DNA of 56,437 nt, from NCBI GenBank assembly GCA_030587475.2, contig JAUQYZ020000229.1:1-56437 (forward strand). The letters run 5' to 3'. A program made the translations under genes and the position numbers. The notes below the pieces were generated by a model. It saw nothing but the letters and a program-made list of their open reading frames with translations, was not told the origin of the DNA and ran no database searches. The stretch is from Candidatus Sigynarchaeum calidifontis. GTDB taxonomy: Archaea; Asgardarchaeota; Lokiarchaeia; Sigyniarchaeales; Sigyniarchaeaceae. Positions 36,059-43,852 of this stretch are shown piece by piece; the first letter of the stretch is position 1; each line of letters begins with the position of its first letter.

Positions 36059-36493
36059 TCAGCCTTCTTTCGGGGCTTCCCTGATGGGCTTGCCGGTCTT
36101 GTAGAGCACGCTCGTCATGGTGGCGACCGTCTTCTTCTTGCCTCCCTCGTCGACGTAGATGTCGAAGATGTAGTGGCCGATCTTGGAAGATCCCGACAGC
36201 TCGCGGCCCTCGACGTACAGCGTCTTGCCCGGGTCGGGGCTGCTGTGGTAGCTGATGTTGCACTCGACGGCGACGGACAAGTTATTGTTGTTATTGCCGA
36301 TGACCGAGAACGCCGCGTCGGCGAGGGCATAGATCGCGCCACCGTGTGGTCGGCCGAAGAGATTCAACGAGCTCAAGTCCAAGACCATGTGCGCCTTGAC
36401 CGTGTTTTCGGTCACGTCATCGAGCACGATCTTGAACTTGTTGGCGAAATTGTCCCGCTTGAACTGTTCCTTGATGATGTCCAGGTTGTTCAT
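36059..36493 (-). CDS. PaaI-family hotdog thioesterase
   Basis: NLFGRPHGGAIYALAD, ISY. ATG at 36493. Confidence 0.9.
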   Translation of the reverse strand: MNNLDIIKEQFKRDNFANKFKIVLDDVTENTVKAHMVLDLSSLNLFGRPHGGAIYALADAAFSVIGNNNNNLSVAVECNISYHSSPDPGKTLYVEGRELSGSSKIGHYIFDIYVDEGGKKKTVATMTSVLYKTGKPIREAPKEG

Positions 36494-36537
36494 GATGATC
36501 CTCAATGTTTTCGCGAGCAAATAAACGGCGGGCCGGG

Positions 36538-37659
36538 TCACGTGCCCAGCCGCTGCCGGACGAACTCGACGACCTTGCCACATGCTTCCGTGGCCGCCTT
36601 GGTGCGGCGCGAGATTTCCATCTGGAAGGCGTGCTGCACCCCGGCCCATTCTTGCAGCGTCGCTTCGCCCCCGCTGGCCTTCACTTTTTCGACGAGACGC
36701 GTGGCATCGCTATACAGCGATTCGGACGACGATACTTGCACGAGCATCGGGGGAAGGCCACCCAGATCCGCGAAGAGGGGGGAGAAGCCAGGATCCTTCG
36801 GATCGGTCTTGGCCTGCAGAACGAGATTTTGAATGACGACGCCCATGCCGCTGGTGCCGAGCACGGGGTCGGAAACCATGTTCGGGAAGATGGAAGGCCC
36901 GCTCATCGTCAAGTCAGTCGGCGGGGACATGAGCACGGCTCCCGCGGGCGCGGGAAAACCCTCGCGCTTGGCCCGGAGGAGGAGTAGCAGCGTGAGATGG
37001 GCACCTGCCGACTCGCCGCCGACCACGACGTCGCGCGCGGCGACGCCCGAGGCGAGCAGCCACTTGTACGCGGCCGTCACGTCGTCGATCTGGGCCGGGT
37101 GGACGTGATCCGGGTAGAACCGGTAGGTGGGACTGAAGACGCGTACCTTGGCGCCCGTGGCGATCGTCGCGGAGAACGCGCGGGATGCCTTGGGCGAGCC
37201 CGTGAACCAACCGCCGCCGTGGACGTACATAAAGACCTTGCTGGCGCTAGCACCGGGCACCGTGCACCACTCGGCAGGCTTGCTGGTGCCCACGTCGACT
37301 TGCTCGAATTTCACGCCCTCGGGCAGCCCGTGCCGCTTGATGTGGCCTTCGGACATTTTTTCCACGACGTACTGCGCGAGGGGGGCGAATTTTTTCAGCA
37401 ATTCCATCGGGAGGATCCCGTCGACCTTTATCGGATCGATGGATTGCAACTGGTAAGCTCGCTCGCTGATCTTCCGTATCCGGCCATAGAGCGCGTTGAT
37501 CTTGAACACGTTCATGCGATGCTTGATGCAATAGACGAGCACGTGCTTGATAGCAAGCTTTTCGTCCTCCTTGGCGATTGCAACGGTTTCCGGGGTTAAC
37601 TTGGTCGTGTCGAGACGGAGCATGCCGGGCTCGAACCTCGTTCTTCGTCTAGTATGCAT
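36538..37659 (-). CDS. HSL-family alpha/beta hydrolase (esterase)
   Basis: HGGGW, YR..P, GESAG, SPLF..L.GLPP, HAFQ. Confidence 0.92.
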   Translation of the reverse strand: MHTRRRTRFEPGMLRLDTTKLTPETVAIAKEDEKLAIKHVLVYCIKHRMNVFKINALYGRIRKISERAYQLQSIDPIKVDGILPMELLKKFAPLAQYVVEKMSEGHIKRHGLPEGVKFEQVDVGTSKPAEWCTVPGASASKVFMYVHGGGWFTGSPKASRAFSATIATGAKVRVFSPTYRFYPDHVHPAQIDDVTAAYKWLLASGVAARDVVVGGESAGAHLTLLLLLRAKREGFPAPAGAVLMSPPTDLTMSGPSIFPNMVSDPVLGTSGMGVVIQNLVLQAKTDPKDPGFSPLFADLGGLPPMLVQVSSSESLYSDATRLVEKVKASGGEATLQEWAGVQHAFQMEISRRTKAATEACGKVVEFVRQRLGT

Positions 37660-37720
37660 TGCTTCGCTGCTCGGTGATTTTATTCTATCGGCGAAGAAAC
37701 GAGATGGTTGCAGATCACGT

Positions 37721-40700
37721 CTATTTCTTTATGACCTCCAGCAAAACGGGGCTAGCCCGGCCGCGGGCTTCCGGGTTGTACATCGCATAGACTTCCGTGC
37801 CCGCGTGGGTGCCAGAGAATGCGCGGGAAGCGATCAGCGAGTAATCAAACGAGCAGCTCGCCGAGCGGGGATACAACACGATCTTTTCCGCACTCCGCGA
37901 GAAATAATCGAAGGACAAGTTGCCTTGCATCGACGCGTCGAACGCCTCGACGTCGAGCCCGAACCCGGCGGGAATGCGTTCCTCGATGACGGCGCATTGA
38001 TCGATGCCTTGGGCTGCCGTGACCCTCACCGAGACGTTGATCGTTTCGCCGATGCGTGCCGTCTTGCTGGAGTGGACCCGCTCGATCGTGAACGCGCCTT
38101 GCCCGGGCAAGCGTTCTTTTGACCATATCTCCTCGGAGAGCTGGTATTGCACCTCCCGATCGCTCTTGACGCGGATTTCAACGTCGTTTTTACCTGGAAC
38201 GAGGAATTGGGTCACGTTCATATCGCGCAAGTTGACGAATTCTTCCGTGATGTTCGATGCATCGACATGCACGCGCCTCGAATGGCCGTTCACGAGGATC
38301 TCGCCGTTAACAGCGGGATCGCTCTCCTGGTGCAGCGCGAGCACGGCCTCCACGACGCTTGCCGTAGCCATGGTCGTCCCCCAACCGCCGTTCGCGGCCC
38401 GTGCACCAAGGATCCAGCCCAGGCAGCCTTGTAAATCTTGATCTAGGCCCGTCGCGTGTTGAAGGATCAAGAAATGAAGGACCTTGGCCGTCGCATCAAC
38501 TTTCCCGCCGAGTGCCGACCCGGCATTCCAATACTTGCCATTCCCGATCTTCACGAGCCGGTCCCGTATCCTCTCGATGCATGGGTTCTCCGGGGAGAGC
38601 CGGCTCATGGCCAGGCCGGCGATGGCCAGGGCGTTCGGATCGTCCTTGATCGAGTCCAATGCGATCCCGATGAATGATATCCCTTTTTTCACCATCGAAT
38701 CGAACTTCACCCTCCAATCGCCGGTTTCGGAGATGCACAGGAGCAGCCAGGCCGTCATGCCCGCCTCGTTCAACGACAAGGCATCCTTGCCCCAGACCTT
38801 GTCCCACTTGAGGGCTTGCTCGGGATACCACGAGCCGTTGGCTTGCTGCCTCCCGGCGATGACCTCGAGGGCATCGTTGATGACACCTTGTGGGGCGTGA
38901 AAACCAAGTGCCTTCATCTTCAGGAGCCCACGTAAAACGTATGCGGTCATGAAGAGGTTCGTCTCGTCATGTTCCCACCAGCCCCAGCCATTGTCGGCGT
39001 GGCGGAAGGAAAGCAGCCGCTGGAGACCCTTTGCCGTCATGTCCTCGCATACCTTCTTGTATCGGGGCGTGAGGCGGTGCCGTGCCTGCAACGCCTCGAA
39101 CACGAGGAGGTTCGGTAGCACGGACGACATAGTCTGTTCCACGCAGCCATGTGGGTATGCCAGCATGGCCTCGAGGCCGTCGAGTGCCAGGGACGACCGG
39201 TCGGGGATGATGCTGAGGCGCGCGTAGTGTGCCATCTCGCTAGGCGCGACATCGATGGCGAGCCTTTCGGGGGTCGATTGACCGCCGGGGATGGAGCCCC
39301 GGGTTATCTTGATATCAGGTTCCCCTTCCGGATGGACGAAGATGACCTGGTCGACCACGTCCTTGTAGCCCGGGCTGGCCGCCGTGAACACGAGATGCTT
39401 CTCGCCGCAAGACGTGGCATGTACGGTCCACGAAACTCGCTCGACCGCGTTGCTGTCCACGTGGATCTTTCCCGCAAGGGCGGACGTGATAGCAAAACCT
39501 TCTGCATCGAGGGACACATGGACGTCCATGGCTCCGGCGGTCCGATTGGTCACGACCGCGCTGACCATCACGATGTCGTTGTAGACCAGGTGTGGCGGTA
39601 TGTCGGGTTGGATGAAAAATTCCTGGCGCACGAGGATTTTCTTCGTTGCCATGCCAGCATCGCATGCTTTCGACGTGGCCTGGACGACGAAATCTTGCTG
39701 CGTGATCGTGTCCGGCAGCTTGAAAGAAATGGTTGCCTGGCCACCATCCACGATGGCTCGCGGGTTCCAATAGCCGCAATCGGGAAAATACGTGCGAACC
39801 GTGACGACTGGTCCATGGTCAGTTTTTTTTGCACTAAATGGGGTGGGGGTTGGGCGACCGCCACCTACGTCTGTCATGATCATCGTGTATTTCGGGTAAC
39901 CCACGACGACCGGGATGAAGAATCGTGGGAATTCATTCGTGGCTTGATCGCTCACGAGCGTGTCAGAAAGTTGGTCAACGCATATGATCGATTCGAAATC
40001 GACTTGCTTGAAAAGAAATACGCTGGCTTGATCGATGCGGCTCTGGCGTCGCATGTTTTCATAATAATCTAATACTTTTTTCTCGTCACTTGCTGCTTGA
40101 AAATGGCCTGGAACGGCCAGTATCACCTTGCCAGGACATTTATTGAGGTACTTGTCCACGTCGTTCAAGACTTCCACGAATTCTTGCGTGGCTCCGATAG
40201 ACTTAATGAATTTGTTGAAATCCTCTGGAGGAATGTTGCACCGCAAGGAGCGAAATTCGTGGGTGCTCCAATACAAGACTGCTTCTAGGATACCAGGAAA
40301 CTCGTCTTCGAGTGCTTGAACCAAGGGATTGCCCGGGGCAATCAAGAACTTCCACGTTTCCACGATGCAAGGAAACCATGCTAGCTGCTTGGCGAGTTCA
40401 TCCATATTCTTGTATTTGGCGCGTTGATAATCCAGGATGAACGAGATCACGGCATCTGGTGGTTGGTTCCCGCACGTGCAGCGCAAGCTCGTGAGGTGGT
40501 GCTCGATGAAATCGCTGGAGCAAAATCCGCTCCGCTCCACGAGCTTCACGAGGTGGAGCACGTCGCTGGCTGTAAAAATGCCGGAAAATGCGTACTGGTC
40601 GATGTTCTTGATGATGTCGCCCAGGAAAAAATCGAGTTCCCTCGAGAGGTCCGAATACAGCGATGTCCACGAGTCTTGCACTGCTATGGCATATCTGATG

Positions 40701-42304
40701 GGCTGGCAGATCTCGGAGAAGGGCAAAGGAACGTCCCGGCCGCGCACTGCCCTGTCGACGAGCAAGGCGCCGACCTCCAGCTGCTCGTGATCGTGAGGCG
40801 GATCAACGTGGATCGCGAGGGAGATCTGGGCACCGGGACGCGATTCGCCTGGGCCGCCAACGTGGATGCCGATGATCCTATCCTTAGGAAACACGAAGAG
40901 CAGGCGACCCTTGGTCGATAAATGACCGTTCCGTTCGACCCGCAAGATCGTGATCGCGACCAAGCCAGACGCGTCCGGGGGCACGTCGACTTGCTGGATT
41001 GCTGAATGGCTGGGATAAAGGACATTCATACCAATGACGCTGCCGTCGGCGGTCCAATAGATATAAAGAGGCCTCGTGTACCACATGGATCCCGGATCCT
41101 TGGTAGTGAATGAGATGTTACATTTACTCGGGTCATGTGCGTCGATGCTCGCGTTGAAGTCCCACGCGTGGCTCTCAGTGTCGACATCGGTTGGCCAATG
41201 CACCCGCTCGCGGTAAGTGGCCGGCGCTTCGGGTTCCTCCTGTTTCCAAACACTTACTCGCACGCTCGTGGTGGCGATCCTTCCCGCGGCGTCGCGACCA
41301 TTGATGTGAACATCGTATTCGCCAGGTTCGAGCGCTGTTGTCGGGATGCGAGCCGTGGCGGTGCCATCTTCCCGCGTGGAGAATTCGATCTCGGCCACCG
41401 TCCCCGACGCGTTCGAGACCGTCGCGGTACAACGACCGCCCGTGACAGGATCCCCGTAGTAGTACCGCGCGAGCACGGGGATCTCGATGTCCTTCCCGCG
41501 CTCCGCGTCTGCACTAGGTGGTGCTTCGACGACGAGCGTCGGGGGGATGAAATTCTTGATCGTGATAGGTTTTTCCACGACGTGCTTGTACTCGGGAAAC
41601 TCGAACCGCAGGTTGTATGCCCCTTCCTTGATCATGAAGTCCGTTTCGATCACCAGGTCGAAGACCCCGAACTCATCAGTCGAGAGCCTCTGCCGCACCA
41701 TCTCGACGGACTGCGAGTTCACGAGCGAGATGATCGCAACAGCCCCCTTGACAGGGTTCGTGGCACCAGCCTTGAATTTCCACGCGATGCCCCTCACGTG
41801 GATTGACTGGGAGGGGCGATACTGGTCGAGATCTGTAAGTATATAGAGCACTATCTTCTCGCTCTTGCTATCCGACATTGTGGAAGAACGATAGATGTTG
41901 AACGAGTCTTGTTTCTCGCCATGCTCCACCGTTAGACTGCAGTTGTTCCAGGAATCGTGCAAGAATAACCGGCCATGCTCGTCCGTCGTCCCGCGCTCGC
42001 CGGTATTCGATCGCACTTTTGCACCGGGCAATGGGCGATAGTTGTCATCAAGCACGATGACCGAGCGTCCCACTGGCGAACTCTTTCCCGATATCGGGTC
42101 GACGACAAGTATATTAACATTTTTTTTCCAGTTCAGCAATCGCTTCAAGTGATCGGCAACTTCTTTGCATTTCTGGGGAACGTGAACCAGTGCCCCGCCG
42201 AGCACCTTCTCGACTCGCTGGTCTGGTTTCACGCGCAGCAGCTCGAAGAATTCCGAAAATTTGCTCGCAGGAACCGTGCCGGGCTTGCTATCTCGTTTTT
42301 CCAT
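37721..42304 (-). CDS. Alpha-2-macroglobulin family thioester protein, no signal peptide
   Basis: MG2 (TDLDQYRP...TDEFGVF), ARYYYGDPV, LVDRAV, VRTYFPD, LPDTIT, thioester YPHGCVEQ (GCVEQ at 39148-39134), GWGWW...FMTAYVL, GGWGTT, EERIPAGF, AMYNPE. GAGGTG lies 7 nt before ATG 42304. Confidence 0.92.
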   Translation of the reverse strand: MEKRDSKPGTVPASKFSEFFELLRVKPDQRVEKVLGGALVHVPQKCKEVADHLKRLLNWKKNVNILVVDPISGKSSPVGRSVIVLDDNYRPLPGAKVRSNTGERGTTDEHGRLFLHDSWNNCSLTVEHGEKQDSFNIYRSSTMSDSKSEKIVLYILTDLDQYRPSQSIHVRGIAWKFKAGATNPVKGAVAIISLVNSQSVEMVRQRLSTDEFGVFDLVIETDFMIKEGAYNLRFEFPEYKHVVEKPITIKNFIPPTLVVEAPPSADAERGKDIEIPVLARYYYGDPVTGGRCTATVSNASGTVAEIEFSTREDGTATARIPTTALEPGEYDVHINGRDAAGRIATTSVRVSVWKQEEPEAPATYRERVHWPTDVDTESHAWDFNASIDAHDPSKCNISFTTKDPGSMWYTRPLYIYWTADGSVIGMNVLYPSHSAIQQVDVPPDASGLVAITILRVERNGHLSTKGRLLFVFPKDRIIGIHVGGPGESRPGAQISLAIHVDPPHDHEQLEVGALLVDRAVRGRDVPLPFSEICQPIRYAIAVQDSWTSLYSDLSRELDFFLGDIIKNIDQYAFSGIFTASDVLHLVKLVERSGFCSSDFIEHHLTSLRCTCGNQPPDAVISFILDYQRAKYKNMDELAKQLAWFPCIVETWKFLIAPGNPLVQALEDEFPGILEAVLYWSTHEFRSLRCNIPPEDFNKFIKSIGATQEFVEVLNDVDKYLNKCPGKVILAVPGHFQAASDEKKVLDYYENMRRQSRIDQASVFLFKQVDFESIICVDQLSDTLVSDQATNEFPRFFIPVVVGYPKYTMIMTDVGGGRPTPTPFSAKKTDHGPVVTVRTYFPDCGYWNPRAIVDGGQATISFKLPDTITQQDFVVQATSKACDAGMATKKILVRQEFFIQPDIPPHLVYNDIVMVSAVVTNRTAGAMDVHVSLDAEGFAITSALAGKIHVDSNAVERVSWTVHATSCGEKHLVFTAASPGYKDVVDQVIFVHPEGEPDIKITRGSIPGGQSTPERLAIDVAPSEMAHYARLSIIPDRSSLALDGLEAMLAYPHGCVEQTMSSVLPNLLVFEALQARHRLTPRYKKVCEDMTAKGLQRLLSFRHADNGWGWWEHDETNLFMTAYVLRGLLKMKALGFHAPQGVINDALEVIAGRQQANGSWYPEQALKWDKVWGKDALSLNEAGMTAWLLLCISETGDWRVKFDSMVKKGISFIGIALDSIKDDPNALAIAGLAMSRLSPENPCIERIRDRLVKIGNGKYWNAGSALGGKVDATAKVLHFLILQHATGLDQDLQGCLGWILGARAANGGWGTTMATASVVEAVLALHQESDPAVNGEILVNGHSRRVHVDASNITEEFVNLRDMNVTQFLVPGKNDVEIRVKSDREVQYQLSEEIWSKERLPGQGAFTIERVHSSKTARIGETINVSVRVTAAQGIDQCAVIEERIPAGFGLDVEAFDASMQGNLSFDYFSRSAEKIVLYPRSASCSFDYSLIASRAFSGTHAGTEVYAMYNPEARGRASPVLLEVIKK

Positions 42305-42315
42305 CGCATTCCACC

Positions 42316-43431
42316 TCATTTTCCTATGAACTCGTGCAGGCTGAGCCGGTGAATCACTTGCGGGCCGTTGTCCAGGTATTCCCGGCGCTGGATCCAGCCC
42401 CTCGGGTCGCCGGACGAGGCACGGGCGATGCATGCCAGGCCGCGCCAGAGCGCTATATCCGGGCGCTCGGGAACCGTGAATTTCACGGTAGAAAGGTCGG
42501 GCAAGGCCGATGCAATGCCCTTTTCCTTGCCTCGCGATGTCCCAGACAACGCGGCACGAAATTCCCGATTCAACCGCTCTTGCCAGCCGGGGAACCGCGC
42601 GGCCGACCCCACCACGGGGATGGAATCGAGAGCAGCGATGAATTTCTTGCGGCTTGCCTCGTCTTCCAATCCGGCAATGACATCATCGATGCATTGAATC
42701 ATGGCTTGCTGGATCGGCAACCCCTCGAACCCGAAATTATCCGGATCCGACCGGAAATAGACATCGAAACACTCGTCACGCTCGCCGTCCACCGCGATGT
42801 TCTCGCCATCGGGAAGGACGTACGTCGCCCTGCGTGGCGTGGTGCTCCCGCCTTGCCCGAAGACCGAGCCAAGCTTGTTAACGAGGTCAACCGTGTATTC
42901 ATACCGCCAGTATTCACCCAGAGGGATCTTCTTGTTATTCGCGAGGAGCCGGCGGACGTATTGATATACCTTGTGGAGCGAGCATTCGAGGCTCTTGATC
43001 TCGCGCGAAAGGGGAAGACCATCGATGCACGGCACGATGCTCGTGTAGGTGTCCCCGAGCAAGGCGACGAGGCCCGTTTTCTTCCCCGTGGCCGCCATCG
43101 CCGCGTTGCTATCGCTGGCCAAGCACAACGCCGGCACTGAGAACGTCTCGAACAGGATCTCGGCTATTTTTTCGAGGTCACGGCGCGGGGTCATGTCCTT
43201 GTATAGCATCGCGACCGGGTGCTCGGTTGGATCGATGCGCATTTCCGTGTAAAACATGTAATGCCAGATCTTTTCGATGGCCGAGAAATCTTCGATGATG
43301 CCGTTCTCGACGGGATATGCCAATTTTAATACTCCAGAGAGCTGCAGTGCTTCCTCGCCCACGTAATATTCTCGGGCGTACCCGCCGATTTCAACGTCGT
43401 AATAATGGTATTCTCTCGTGAACGGGTTCAA
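42316..43431 (-). CDS. Divergent actin-family protein (Asgard actin/ARP-like), N-terminally truncated
   Basis: YVGEEA...LKLAYPVENGII...EKIWHYMFY.EMRIDP.EHP...EKIAEILFETFSVPA, YVLPDG, PER...W.G...WI.R.EY...GP.VIHR all align to actin. The phosphate-1 DxGS motif is absent. Confidence 0.9.
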   Translation of the reverse strand: MNPFTREYHYYDVEIGGYAREYYVGEEALQLSGVLKLAYPVENGIIEDFSAIEKIWHYMFYTEMRIDPTEHPVAMLYKDMTPRRDLEKIAEILFETFSVPALCLASDSNAAMAATGKKTGLVALLGDTYTSIVPCIDGLPLSREIKSLECSLHKVYQYVRRLLANNKKIPLGEYWRYEYTVDLVNKLGSVFGQGGSTTPRRATYVLPDGENIAVDGERDECFDVYFRSDPDNFGFEGLPIQQAMIQCIDDVIAGLEDEASRKKFIAALDSIPVVGSAARFPGWQERLNREFRAALSGTSRGKEKGIASALPDLSTVKFTVPERPDIALWRGLACIARASSGDPRGWIQRREYLDNGPQVIHRLSLHEFIGK

Positions 43432-43852
43432 TCGATCCCCCTCGCGTCGTCGATCTGTTATCTCCTAGACGTCTTCCACCTCGGGTAATTTATACTTGTA
43501 TTAATTTAAAACGCGTGAGGGCATCTGCGTGCCACGTGGAAAAAAAAGCGACGAAATGCTTGGTATTAGTGCCCGCTGGCGGCTTAGCACGGTAAGAGCT
43601 CGACCACATCGTGGGATCAGCACGGCCAAATAACATCATCGCGTTCATCGTCGTGTCCATCGTCGTGCAGTGCCATTGCGCGTGGTCTAATTCGGTCGGA
43701 TCGGTCAAAATGCATAATCGAGGCTCTTCGTCTCGACGTGATAAAACACGTCACTCGTGCACTTCACGGGGATTCATGCTCGACTCGCGCCCACCAACCT
43801 TGAAAGATGAGCCGGGAACATGGAAATTGTGGGGGAACATGAGAAAAGAAGA

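Noticed and set aside
35883-36104. 73 aa plus-strand ORF
   Set aside because: Overlaps the PaaI 3' end and a hairpin, and has no motif. Probably spurious.
42305-42433. A2M frame stays open into the actin 3' end (possible frameshift fusion or longer A2M)
   Set aside because: The actin C-terminus is complete, the extension is non-homologous, and a good RBS precedes ATG 42304. Two separate genes is simpler.
43735-43752. gacgtg-N6-cacgtc inverted repeat between the ATPase and actin genes
   Set aside because: A single 6 bp palindrome is expected by chance, and no second copy was found.
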